A stretch of 64,000 nucleotides of DNA, from assembly GCA_030704615.1 (NCBI GenBank), contig CM060731.1, positions 4,154,001 to 4,218,000 on the forward strand, written 5' to 3'. The notes beneath the pieces were generated by a model that was given only the letters and a program-made list of their open reading frames with translations, ran no database searches and was not told where the DNA came from. The position numbers and the translations under genes were made by a program. This DNA comes from Takakia lepidozioides. Its lineage: Eukaryota; Plantae; Bryophyta. Numbering within the stretch: position 1 is the first letter of the stretch; the number at the start of each line of letters is the position of its first letter. Below, one piece after another: positions 1-13,073 of the stretch.

Positions 1-72
1 CACAATCAAAAGACACATACTTGTTGTGTTTCATGCCGGGGGATGTAACCCTGTAATGGTTACCATACGCTG

Positions 73-3000
73 TCATACTCTTGAATGACAGGGCAGTAAA
101 TGATGGAGGCCTTGAAAGATCCAGTAATTCCTCACGTGTTGTAGGATCAAGCCCATCTGATTGAATTGAGAGATGATCCCGTTTCCAAAATGGAGGACAA
201 GATGCAAATCAGGAGGGTACTGAATTGCCGTGGGATTGCTCATGCCTTCCAGCCCTTGCTCCTCACGAAACAAGCGTCGTCTGGCTTCTATCCGTGTGGA
301 CTCTGCTTCATATATCCTGTCACAATCCGAGGGTCAGCCAGGAGATTGACAGAGGTGGCGTGGGAGATTTGAAAACGCCCATATGCCAACTAATGATAAA
401 TGACTAAAACTTGGAAATCTGAATGTCAATGAAGTAGATTTCTTACCCCAACATGACTGATAGACGAGGATGGTTCTGAATGATGTACTCATGTACAATA
501 TCACACAGGTCATTCAATTTTCGGGCTTTAGAACTTCCTTCCAACTTCACGTTCCACAGATTCTGCCTCATCTGCATCCCACACCCTTCGTACACTTCCA
601 TCAAATCCTGCCATATACTTGTGCAAAAACCCAATGCTTCTTCAAATTGGTATCCTTCTGCCATGCTCCCCTCGGGCCTTGCCATGTTTCTTACGTAGCC
701 CTTCATATCTTTCATTGCCCGCTCCATGGGGTACATCCACGAGATGCTACGGGCCCGCATAAGTACAACTCATCCACTAGGTGAACAACCAGATGTGTCA
801 TCACATCAAAAAATGATGGTGGGAACTCCTTCTCTATAAGACACAGAGTGAGAACTGCTTCAGTTCTCAATTCCTCATACTCTACAGGATTCACCACTTT
901 TGCACACAACTTCTTAAATACACGACATACTCGCAAAATGGCCCTTCGAGGACCACTTGGCATGAGCCCACGGATAGCAAGCGGTATAATTTGCTGCATG
1001 AGCACATGATAGTCATGTGATTTCATGCCTGACAACTTCTTCTTCACCACATGCTTTTTGAAAGCTGATGCGTAGCCTGTTGGCACTTTCAAGTTCTGCA
1101 CAATCTCCAGAAAGACTTGTAACTCAGCCTCAGTGAGGACATAAGGGGCAGGAGGCATAATTAACGTATCTGCTTCTGTCAGGATCACGTTGTAGCCACA
1201 ATTCCGGGCGCATCCCAAGTAGCTCCAAATCACGGCGAACTTTCAATGTGTCTTTCTCACCAAAGATAGTTTTAATAATATTTTCAGCCAAGTTCTTCTC
1301 GCAATGCATTGCGTCAAACGTGTGGCGGATGAGGAGACCCTACAAAATGAACACATAAGCAATTGAGCATTTACTCATCACAATTTAAACAGAAAACGCA
1401 AAAATGTACACAGCCAATTTAAAGGCCATGAAGGAATTACCTCCAATAAGGTAAGACATATAAAATTGACAATCGCTTAACTCCATGAGTTTTTTGCTGG
1501 GTCTGTCCTGCTATCTGGCGTCCCTCCGTTTTCCACCCATGCAGTGCGAGCTGTTGCAAGGTCCTTGATTTGTGTTCAGTCTGCGTTTTGGAGGAGTTCC
1601 ATGCTCAGTAGCGCCATTGAACATTCTTGACCTTCTATATGGATGATTGCGGGCCAAAAATCTTCGGTGGCCTAGGAAAACAATTTTTCCACATGTGTGT
1701 AACTGCTGTGAAGTCACCCCGGGTCCACAAGCTGGACAACCAGCATAACCTTTCGTCACTTGACCTGAGAGCAAGCCATATGCAGGGTAGTCATGGATTG
1801 ACCACATCAACACTGCCCTCAGTGTGAATTCGCGTTGACCACGAGGACGGGAAACATCATGAGCTGCAATCCCTCTCCATAGTTCCAGTAGCTCTTCCAC
1901 TAGGGGCATCAGGTAAACATCTACGTTGTCCGAGGTAACAGACTCCTTACAGGAATCAGTAGCGCTAACATGACAAAGAACTTTTTGGTCATTAACCACG
2001 AGCAGATTGTAATTGACCAAGAGAACGGGCCATGTGCTCCAACTTGTGGATTGAGCTCCGTAGGATTTACACCGTCTGAAGGCCAATCCAAATCGCAGAG
2101 ATCGTGCTCTGCAGCAAAATCCGCAAATTGTGGTGTCAATGTGTCTCTCCATGCTTTGCTATCAGCTAGATGTCGAACCAACCAATCCTGGCTCTTATGT
2201 CTGTCGTGCCATGTCATAGAGGTTAGCGATCGATTTACATCAGTACAATACGTTTCAACCTTGGAATGACAGGGAAGTGTCGCAATTACTTTCTTGGGCA
2301 CACTTCCACGACCTGGAATGTAACGGGAACTGCGGCACACTGGGCAAATGTCTACATTCTCATACTCCCACGGAAGAGTACACAACCACGCTCACAGGTA
2401 TGAATCATCGTGTATTTGGCAATCCCATCTTGGCAATCATGGTTTTTGCTTCACTAAGTGAGTTTTCGGCAATGAATTCTCTTTAGGCAAAAAACTCTTA
2501 CGCAAGAATCCCAGAAGCTCATCCACAAATGCATTGGTGCACTTGTGGGTAGTGCATGCGTTCAGCAACGTCAAAGTTGCTTGCAGGCTGATGGAGCACC
2601 TTCAAAAAGTGGACATTGCGACGTGTCGGAAGAGTTTATCATACTCGGGATCAACGTGCAGGTGAGCATTCTCATCAAATTCATTGTCTCCGGAATCGTC
2701 GAGAATCATCGTCAATGATCGGCAAATGTGTGATCGGTTCCACCATGAATGGGGTCCTCTCTGTTTGCATCTGCAAAGAGAAACGCTTCCTGCCAATGCA
2801 CGCTGCATTTCTACCTCCAATCCACCACTCTCATCTGCGTTCTTCTGTGACATTGGGCTCCCGCTGTTGCCGCAGGGCCTTCGTCTTCATCATCTGAATA
2901 TTCACATCCCTGCATCCCAATAGTCATCTTGTGAGTGGACCAACAACGATGTGACACTTGTTCATATTATGACATAGGAGGCACGGTGACGTTGCAGTGA

Positions 3001-3493
3001 TTGCAGTCATATTTACGTATGTATCTTATGAAATATACACCAATCAAAACACGACATTTGTAACCATTGAAGTCATAGTTGCAGTCATTTACTTACTCAT
3101 ATATGACTACATGACTACACATGACCAATGAAAACACGACATGTGCATTAATTAAAGTGATAACGGAAGTGGCGTAGTCATAGTCACGTCTGTATCTTAT
3201 GACTTCTTGACTACGTGGAGAAGATGATCGTTGCATTCAAAATTCAAACTAAAGTGCTGAAGGGAAAGTAGCGATCTTACCGGAAGAGAACAGCGTTGGA
3301 GAAGAGGATCCCTCCCGTGTATCATGTAATGATTCCTCACTGTTTCCAACAACAGTACTTTTCCTCCATGACACTCATCGCAGTTGCATAGCATTTTTGT
3401 ATGCCCATTCCTTATGGCATAAGCTTCTTCCATTCGCCATAGACGGTCATCTATTCTACGCCTACGCATCCGTTCGCCACCTGCACTGTACAT
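73..3493 (-). pseudogene. CACTA TnpD-like transposase (transposase-associated, Transposase_21 and DUF4218-like segments), spliced and frameshifted
   Basis: Motifs MLCNCDEC..VRNHYMIHG, CPVCRSSRY, HLADSKAW, DVYLMPLVEELLELW, WSIHDYPAYGLLSG..GYAGCPAC, GMKSHDYHVLMQQIIP, FPPSFFDVMTHLVVHLVDE, WMYPMER..VRNMARPEGSMAEGY, spread over several frames. Confidence 0.9.
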
Positions 3494-3618
3494 GCTTTGA
3501 ACGTCACTCCTTCCCTCTTTGCATGCTACGCACAGTGCATTGTCTCTAGTTTTGCACCAGCTGCCAATGTGCTATTTCTATATCTATAGTATACTATAAG
3601 TATCATTTCTAAGTGTCC

Positions 3619-6600
3619 ATGGTGAAGCGGAAGGTCTTCGAAGTGACAGTCCCTCTCACTGAGTACGAGAAGTTCCGAGAGCGCCGGATTGCTGCCATAA
3701 AGGAGGTGGAAGTCGATAGATGGGTGAGTTTAGTTCCTGACTTTAGATACCCACCCACTAAACTTGCGATTCGCCTTATCCTCTAACCTTCCTACAACGA
3801 TCATATCATAGCACAAATGGGGGCGAGTAGCTGCGACTTGTGCAAACAGAGAGGCAAACAACATGCAGTGAGTGACGATTAGGTTTGAGGAGGGTGTGTC
3901 ATTAGGCGGGAGATGTCCGCCGTCATTCGTGGGCAGCCATTACGTCCTGGTAGGGTGCGGTTGTGGTTCAGCGTAGGCTTAAGAGTATTAGGGTATGTAT
4001 GCTTGCATTTATTTGTGATTGTTTGAGAGGGAGGTCATGGAGGTGTTTGTGCAGGCTTGCGGGAGCGAATCGCCCTCGCAAGCCATGCGCTCCGAAGGAA
4101 AAAGCTAGGGATCAAGGTCCTGCAAGGCAAAGTGCCAGACTGAAGACGATGAAGACTACGATTCTGTGTGAGGGCTCTTCTGAGGACGATGAGGACGATC
4201 CACTCCTCCCACGCCAGTGCGAGGCGAGTGCGTCGTCGGCGGATGCCACGGCAAGCCGAGGAAAACATGCCCATGCTCATGTCGTAGGACAAAAACGCCC
4301 ATCATCTACACTACGAACACCTTCTCCGTCTGTGAGTTATAGTTCTTCACAATGACCATGATTCAAATTATGTATGTTTTTGGTAAAATCACGAAGAGAT
4401 AGGGTATGGTAAGATCATGAAGAGATAGGGTATGTCTGTCAAGACAGGGAAGTTGGACAATACAGGGCTCAGCCAAGGCACAATCACAAATGATTTCCAC
4501 TAGACAAGTTGAAGTGCCAAAGGCATGATGTCAGGCCAATGTAGACTTCAGGTGTGTTCAAATTCTTTGCCCCATGAAACCAATGTCCTGGTACTAAGCT
4601 CCAATGGCTACTTATAGAGATACTTGGGTTACTTATGCACCCAGAATATCAGTAAAACTTGGAGGGATACTTCTCATGGACCCATCAGGTTTGTCCATTT
4701 GAATTCTTGCTATGGATTTCAGGAACACCCCATACCTAAGAGGGCTCAAAAATGTACTGGGAGGACATCATTGGGGCCAATCATGGCCAGTATCCTCCTC
4801 CACCATATTTGCCACCCCCTAATAGCTATGGGGGTGGTAGGCCACCGGAATATCCTCCTGCTTATGGACAGTATGGCCAGTATGGTCCTCGGCCTTCTGG
4901 CCAACAGCCATGGCCACCAGTCCCTACTTGGTAGGATCCTGTTTTGAATTCTCCTGAGCGCACGGAGGTCTCTGAAGGAGGGGAGGGTGCCGTTTCAAAG
5001 AATGATAGAACCAATGCTTTAAGGAGGGCTAATAGCTCAGCCAAAATTGAAGCTGCCAAGGTGAAGGAAGAGAGAATAGCTGCAGGTCTTCCTCCCACGG
5101 TGATTTTGACGAACCTCAAAGGAGCCCCGTATGGTCAGACCCGGAATGTATGGCACGCTGCCCTTAAAGGTCAGGCTTATCGCAAGCTAGATTGTTCCCA
5201 TGCCATCAACAACCAACCTGATGAAGTTGTATACGAAATCAGAGATCACCTGGCTAAGCTATTTTCATATACGCCACACGAGTTAAAAGACTTCCACCTA
5301 AAACAAACAATTGGCAGAATAATGAAGAGCCAGCGTTATGAAGCACACACTGCGTGGTTGGGTGGTAAGGGGAAACCCATTACTGTATCTGACGAGGTAT
5401 GGAACAAGCTTGTAAGTTACTGGCAGACAGAGGTGTTCCACAAAGTGTCGGGCAACATGAAGAAGGCAAATGGTGCAATTCTGAATCCTACCAAGACTGG
5501 CCGTGGTGGGAAGGCAATGGTGGAAGCACGCTTGGTAAGTGACATCATCACGACTCTGTATTTTGTTCCTCATTGAATTGCTATGTGTATATAGTCAGCC
5601 CTCACATTGCTTACTGACTTGTGGCATGGGTTTGTTTGTGGCATGGATTAATTTGTAGGAAACACTATCAGGGTGCCCTCCTACATTATATGACATTCAA
5701 GAGGGTTCAGTGTCACGGTTGTCAGCTGGGAGTGACAGGCGGGTAAGTGTGTTTTCCACGTTTGCTAGAGTGGTTGCTGCATCATAGGTTGCTAGGGTTT
5801 TTTTGACGGCTTTTGGCCTGGGTTTCTTTCCAATGGTTGTTCATGCTAGGTTTTTTTTGGTTTGATTCATACTTGGGCAAGTTTTCATGGATTGGCAGGA
5901 GGGAAGTCTCGCATATTCTACAGTAGTTGGCAGGATGGATGGCTTGGACAAATTGGTGGAATCACAAGGACGTGACATGGCAGAATTAAAATTACAGATG
6001 CAGAGTATGATTGAGTACCAGAAAGCCATTATGACCAGATTGGGGATTAATCTACCAGGCGCAGGACCAGTGACATCTACGATGGATACGTCTGCTGTGA
6101 CAGTATCAAAATGTTTGGAATCCCAATTTCAGACGGTAACTGGTGCTCACTCTAAGCCCTTATGTCTTCCTGTCACTGATGATCTTTTGAATTTGACCGA
6201 GCAGCAGCAGGATACAGGGAAGGCCAGCTGTGAGGTACACGTGGAAATTCAGCCCTTGCCACGTACAAAGGCAGTAGCAGTCCAGGGGGCAATGGTGACA
6301 GAGCCGCCGGGCACACCGGATTTTGGTATGCAGGTATGTGGGAGTTTAAATGGGGAGGAAGATGCAGACGGGGACAAAACAAACAAGCAGGTTGCTTTAA
6401 TTTCTCCTGCTCACATGTTGAAGCCAAATGTCAGTTTACTTCCTGAACCAACGAGGAAGCATTTACTAATTCTGGACTTAAATGGTCTGTTATGTGAATC
6501 TTTTCATTCTGCTAATGGGCCTGCATCCCTTCCCAAAGGTTTTGTGGGGAAGATGTGTGGCAAGAAGATGGTAGTTTTGAGACCACGCTGTTATGACTTT

Positions 6601-7817
6601 TTGCAAAAGTGTTTTGAACACTTTGAGGTGGCGGTGTGGTCTTGTTGCCAAGCTCGCAACTTCTTCCCAATGGTGGACTATATTTTTGCAGCCCACACTA
6701 ACCTGGTTTTCCAGTGGGATGCCCTTCACTGTGACGAGGATCCAGTCCTCCCATGCCGTAAGGGGTCTGATTCAAAGCCATTATATTTCAAGAACTTGTC
6801 TACAGTGTGGGCAGACTGGCCAGAATGGACTTATGAGGACACTGTTCTTGTTGACGACACACCAAGAAAGGCAGCAAACAATCCTCCCTTCAGTGGGATT
6901 TTTCCAGAGCCATGGAAGGTGCAACCAGATTCACCAACTGATGAGTATCTAACAGAAGTGTTGTGGCCTTTCTTGTGGAAGGCATCGAAAGCTGCCAGTA
7001 TTCCCAAGTTTTTGGAGTCTCAGCCTGTTTTCGGACAACAACCATACAACACTGCTACTGTGAAGGTACAAACATTCTGACAGTGCTCCAGAGGCTACAT
7101 TTTTGTGGGTTCATTCATTGCATTGCTTTCCTGGATGCTTCTCCTCGGTTGCTTGATTAATGCTAGGTTTTCTTTGCAGCTTTTCATGTTGGCTTTTTTT
7201 GTTTGATTCATACTTGGATTTTGTTTCTATTCACTATTCTTGTTTGCTCATTGCTTTCCTGGTTGTTCTCTGGTCTGTGACACATGAACTTGTGACAAAC
7301 AAATGTGATATTGTCGACAAGCTGGTACAGACGAGGGGCAAGAGTGTCGACCCAGCGAGTAGCCCCCCAAAAGAGGTCTCACCACCACTGGAGACTGCAA
7401 ATGGAGTAAGTCCAGGCCGTTGTCTTGTTTGTTTTATTTTTTCCAACCTTGGGGCTCTTTTTAACTCGCAAATGTTGAGTGTCCTAGTCGTGTGTATGTC
7501 ATGGGTTTTCACATCGTGTTCTTTTTTGTGTGGAGTTGGGATCACAGTTCAGGGTGGGTGACGAGGTTCGGCTGTTGGATGTGAACTCCAAACGCAAGAA
7601 ATGTGGAGTAGGGCTGATTGTTGCTCTTCAAGGTGCTGTGGTGGGTTACGGGTACCTTGATTATGCCTGTGTGTACATCAAAAAGGCATGTGTCAGTAAC
7701 ACCCCTCTACCATATGTGAATGGTGTTAGGAAACAGACCGAGTTGGGGCAGGTGGTTGGCCAGACAACACTTTGGAGTCTAAAGTTACTGAAACTTATGG
7801 AGCTGCGGAAGAGATAG
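3619..7817 (+). CDS. CACTA second gene (TnpA/Ptta-like segment followed by an FCP1/NIF-like HAD phosphatase domain); multi-exon, boundaries approximate
   Basis: ATG at 3619 and GTGAG donor at about 3724. ORF 4944-5576 has VSDEVWNKLVSYW..S.NMKKA..KTGRGG (Ptta/En-Spm type). ORF 5887-7080 has LLILDLNGLL, LRPRC.DFL..CFEHFEVAVWS, YFKNLSTVW and TVLVDDTPRKAANNP. Exon joining is inferred; the gene may be decayed. Confidence 0.65.
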
Positions 7818-10079
7818 TCAGTATTGCACTGTTTAACAAAGTTCTTGATTATAATAGCACTAGAACATACTAGCTACAACAATTCAGCCCATGTGTGGGC
7901 TTGCTTGTTTTTGGCTGGGCCTTTTGAGGCATGGATTTTTTGACCTTGTGGCTTTTGAGGTGTCCATTGGGACATTGGTCTCATTTGGATTTTTGTAATG
8001 TGATTTATAGGGCTTGTATTGCCCTGTAGTTGACTATTTTCATTCTCCTTGTGGTTGATAGTATGCAGGAGGGATCCATTCTGTTTTCATGTTGGAATTT
8101 CACCATGTAATGAAGATTTTAAATCATTTAATTCACTTCATTTTAAATAATAATATTAAAAATAATACCATTAAAAAAAATCCAAGGCTGCAATCTCCCT
8201 GTTCTTTTAAATATTAAATGAAAACTAAAAATTAAAATATGAACATTAAAAATATAAACTATTTCGGAAAACAATCTTGATGATACGTGGCATCACTCTT
8301 GCTCAAACCAGAACACGTGGCAGTATATGACACGACATTCTTTATCCATATTTTCACCACGTGTAAAGATCCGTAGTCATATATGCTAGTCATATATTTT
8401 GTCTGTGTGCCACATGTCACATCTCAAGTGCAACAGGTGTCCCGCTAATATCTCTCCATGTAGACATCCCTGTAGTCATATGAGCGAGTCATGTAGTCAC
8501 CACGTGTGAAATCTGCCATAGCACACGTGTCTCGCTAGCGCCTCTCCATGTAGGCATCACTATGCAGACATGTAGTCATATGATCATGGCAAGAAGTCGT
8601 GACATGTCAAATTCGTAGTGGCGCACGTGTCCATCCGTCGCCTCTCCATGTAGGCATCATTTTGCAGACATATAGTCATATGATCCCCTGACGAATGCAT
8701 GACGTGTCACTTGCGCAGTGGCGCACGTGTCCCGCTGAAGCCTCTCCATGTAGGCAGCGCTCAACAGACAATGTAGTCATATAGTTGCGACTGCAACCCT
8801 CTCTGCAGCAGGACTCCAGGTGCCACGCAAGCAGTCACGGATATGACTTGCAAAACGCAGTCCTAAAGACTAGTGCTATGACATGGCTTTTTTCACTACA
8901 GAGTGATGTAGTCATGATCGCATATAAGACTGAAAAAATAGTCATATGTGAAGTCATAAAAACGCTCATCTGTTGTAGTGTAGCCCTAGGCGAAGGCCCA
9001 AAAATCCAGGAATGCCCCACACGACACAAAGGGGGCTTTCCCTACTAGCCTACCTCATGCTGCAACGTGTAAGAATTTCCAAGTTGGGTATATCTTACAC
9101 ACATGCCTAAGAGTCCACGCCAGCCTTGTCCTCGGCAAGACCTTTATGTGGTGTAAAGAACCCACGCTAATGTTATGTGTAGGTGTAGGGCACTGAGCTG
9201 ATTTGGCCCTTCTGCCTTTTCTCGGATGCGTGAACTCCGCCTTTTTGCCTTCCCCCACCCACGAATTTCGTATTAGAGAGCGAGCACGTGGCATAACCAT
9301 AGTGAGCCATACCCGGCACCACGTGCCCGCTCCCTGGCGTAAAGGGACATAGTTATGTATTCTGACCGTGTATATATCATATGTAGGGTACGATGATTTG
9401 GGGTTTATACGTCGTCTTCTCCAAGTCTAATGTTCACTGTTTATTTCCGCTCGCGCTCCTGCGTATGCCGTGCAAGCGCTCCCTTTTCACTCCTCCTGGT
9501 TTTTCTTTGTTGTTTTTTCCGTCAATTGCAGAATTCTAGGTTTTGTTGTCGATTTCAAGCTTTGGTTCTCGATGTCAAGATCATCTCAGGGTTCTCGAGG
9601 AGATAGGTAGTAGTCACTGCTTCTCGTCCAACAATTTACAGAAGAAGCGGCGTACGAGTTTAGAGAATTTGTTCGATCTTGGATTAAGTCTCTCGCCGAT
9701 TAGTCATGATGACTCTCCGCCCATTTTGAGTGACTCTTGCAAGCCATTGTTTTCATGAAGATGCTCCTATCGCTTCCATTATGTCAAAAGATTCAAAAGT
9801 TGCACTAATCAATAGCTGTCAGATGTAATTCTTCCTACTGTGTGTTACATCATCCTCAGATTCTATGGTCTCTTCTAGTGTTGTTGCTAGAGATTCAGTT
9901 ATTATGTCAGATCTTGAGTGCGATGAGTGGATCAACGATATGTATAGAGAGCAGATTAAAGACCTTTTGTTACAGAATGATATTGAGAATATTTCGCCTT
10001 CAAACGAGTCGCCTTCTACTTTTTCATCGGTAAGTTCAGTTGAGTTGGAAATTCTTAGTAAAGGTTTTTGAATACTTGA

Positions 10080-10530
10080 CGAGAATGAGTTATTAGAGGT
10101 TTCAAAAGGTGGCGCTCAGAAGAGCCTTAAGATGGACAAGTGGGCAAAGAATCGCTTCAATTCATGGTGGAAACTCAAGAACCTTCCTCAAGAACAACTG
10201 TAGAAGATACGTTCGAAACAAACGTTACCCACCTTACAAATCTTCTGAAGGATTTTTTCTCCAGGTGCAAATAAAGGATGCCAAGGTATATCCTGATGAG
10301 ACGTAAGAACTCTACATTATCTGATTGTCCACTTCTTTGATTTAATTTCCTCCTTTGATTTTGTTGATTTTTTAACTTATAATTCATACTAACTGGTAAT
10401 ACGTTTACATGAACTTGTATAGTGTTGTGTGTATACTTCGAGGTATTGGAAGAGCCATACGGGCCAAACTTGAAGAAAGATCCATGGCATCTGGATTGCC
10501 AACATAAGCATTCAACTGCAAATTTAAGGT
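10080..10530 (+). pseudogene. Degenerate Crypton/DUF3504-associated (ZMYM/KCTD1-like) N-terminal fragment
   Basis: DKWAKNRFNSW, then FFLQVQIKDAKVYPDET, an apparent GT-AG intron, then LRGIGRAIR. Resembles the W-A-x3-F-N-x-W and FFxxVRKxDGxxYPPxT signature. Frameshifted. Confidence 0.5.
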
Positions 10531-11094
10531 CTTGTGTTCAAATACTGTGGGTAACACTGATATATGATTCAATCAGTTTTTTTGAATTAGATGACTTCAC
10601 TTAGCGGATGGTGTCATATGTCAATCTTGGTATCAATTGGACCGGTCACCGTAAGATTGTACATGTATATATATAGCGACCAAATCTGTCGCAAGAATTA
10701 TGACGTGCAAATGGGCGGGGATGGGGATGGGGATGGGTGGGGGGTCGTAGAGAAGGTTTTGATACGCCTTGAGCTCGCCTTTACGTGGATATGAAGGCAA
10801 ACTGAAGGCAAGTGCATGAATTCTTTTATGTGGGTATTATGAGTCAATTTCTCTATTGCTCCTGATCATAAGTTAGGAACTATACAGTAATCAAAAGTCC
10901 ATTAATTCGTCACTCAAACAATAGATTGCGACTAGAATTCGACGTTATAATTAATTGCTCAAACAAGTCCACAATTTGGGATCTCTCCAATAGCCCAATC
11001 GAGGCTTAAAATAAGACGTTTGATATTTTCAAAAAAATCAATCGAGGTTGTATAGTTGTAAACAATAATTTGATTAGTTTTTTAAGACTCTGCA

Positions 11095-13073
11095 AGATTG
11101 CAACCCCATATTTGTCGCACTTCCTATACAACCATTTTTTCAAATATGAAATAGTTTTGAAGTCTGTGGCGTCCTAATTAAAAAACAATATTTTGGTTGT
11201 GACATCCAAGGATTGCAACTCCGTTGCTACCCCCAAGGTATCACAATAATTTTTCCAGTTTTAAGCATGTGTAACCTCTTGGGTGTTGCAACCAAAAAAA
11301 AAAAAAAAAAAAAAAACTATGCCTTGGGGATCATTACCGTACCTGCCTACGCTGTCCGATAATAATTAAATCCAAAAAGAGGCTGCCGGAAATTTGAAAT
11401 TATAGCCCTTCCAGTGTCGAAAGTCATGCATATTCGACCCCAAGACTTGCCCTATCATAATCTCGTGTGATACCATTACACTAGGCATATACACATGCAA
11501 GTGTGTCGCTTTTTGGTCATTTATCATGATCTCTGCCGGATCTGTAGAAATTCCAGAGACCCCTTCTTAAAGAAAAATTAATTAGTCTGGCAGGGTCCTA
11601 ACGATTAGCGTAGGCAAGTACGGTAATGCTTAAAATATCGCAAGATATTTTTTTGCGACCCCAGGGTCGCAAACTGAAGTTGCGACCTTTGGGCGTTGCA
11701 ACTTTGAAGTTAGATATTTTTATGAAAAGTGTGTTGAGATAATTTTGTGATGAAAAACCGTTGCAGTTATCTACTCAAAATTTTGCAATAACTGATGACA
11801 GTTCATCACCAGAGATAAGTCCCACTGAAAGATTTCAAAAACAGTATTCGAGAGTGTCAACTTTCGATGGAAAAGTATCACTGCAAGCTGACCTCTAAGA
11901 AAATTAGTAATAATAATAAGGAGGGGGTTTTCGACGCCGCGGCGTCATAAAACAGCCATTTTGGGGCAGGGGAGAAGAACCAAATTTGGGACGTTCGGGC
12001 GTCGCAAAAAAACGTCGTAAAAAGGCGACCAAAGGGGGTCACAAAGAAGGCAAAACCATGATTTGCAACGCCGACGCGATTTGTGACGCCAAAAAAAGAA
12101 AAAAAAACCTACTCTAGAATGCAGAATTAGCACCGTCCGGGGGTCGCAAAGGGCGACGCCTGGACGTCGCAATTTAAGGGGGTACATTTGAATTTAGGTA
12201 GGAAAATTTGAATTTGAATTTTGAATTCAAAAACTTGTGGACCATTGACTCCGGTTCTGTCTTTTGGCGATATATTCATTGTTATATATATATCATGCAA
12301 TGTATACTTGAACCTAAGACCTCCACGTTATAACATTTCTAAGACATTTCAGACTAACCAACACACTTATGCTACATCTATGTATCACTAAAGTAATCTA
12401 TATATATACATATGAAGATTTCCTTCAAGTTCCTTCTAAAGGGGTCTCTCTTGTGTCGCCGGGGAGTTGCAACCTTCACAGCCTTAATGCCCAGCCCCAG
12501 CCCCAGCCTCAGCGTCGACGCCGTTATTGCACCCTCCCACCGCTAGGCACCCCAAGCAACGTCCTTGTAATGACCTAAGCTGACTACAATACCATTGCGA
12601 CCCCATGTGGCGACGCCGTTGCGACCCCCTGGCGTCGCCACGTTGGGTGTCCCAGCGCGGGGCGCCCCCAATGATGCTTTTGTGAAGTTAAGGGCCACAA
12701 AGCCCTAAAAAATAGAAATAAAAAATAAACAAATTGTCATTGTGGTGATGCTGTTGCGACGCTTTGGCGTCGTAGAGGCGCCCTCAGTGACACTTTTGCA
12801 TGTCCAATTTTTTTTTTAATTTTTTAATTTTTTTGGATTTGCGACGCCGGGGCGTTGCAAAAAAAAAAATCCGTCGCAGCGAGGGCCCTTTTTTCCCCTT
12901 CATGCCACCTTGCGACGGCTGGGCGTCGCAATGGTGTTGTAGCGGAGGATTGCGACGTCAGGGCGTCGCAAAAAAACACCGCGGGCTCGGCGTTGCGGGC
13001 TTGGCGTCGTGCGGGGCGTGGGGGCGCGGTTGGCGTCGCAAACCCACTCCCCCCCCCCCCATTTGCTATAGTG
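11095..13073. mobile_element. Non-autonomous CACTA-like element or remnant with GCGAC/GTCGC subterminal repeats
   Basis: Right end TGCTATAGTG (13064-13073) is the reverse complement of CACTATAGCA. Many TTGCGACCCC and GGCGTCGCAA motifs in both orientations. Left terminus not identified. Confidence 0.5.
11332..11628. mobile_element. MITE-like element with 22-bp terminal inverted repeats
   Basis: CATTACCGTACCTGCCTACGCT ... AGCGTAGGCAAGTACGGTAATG (1 mismatch). No TSD visible. Confidence 0.6.

Larger units (their letters stand above)
1..8980. mobile_element. CACTA (En/Spm) DNA transposon; left end lies outside the window
   Basis: Right terminus TGTTGTAGTG at 8971-8980 is the reverse complement of CACTACAACA. 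Dense subterminal repeats (TAGTCATAT, CACGTGTC, CCTCTCCATGTAG) at about 8370-8950. Contains TnpD-like and TnpA-like coding regions. Confidence 0.88.

Noticed and set aside
8370-8950. CRISPR-like repeat-spacer array
   Set aside because: Degenerate, irregularly spaced motifs next to a CACTA terminus in a eukaryotic context; these are subterminal repeats.
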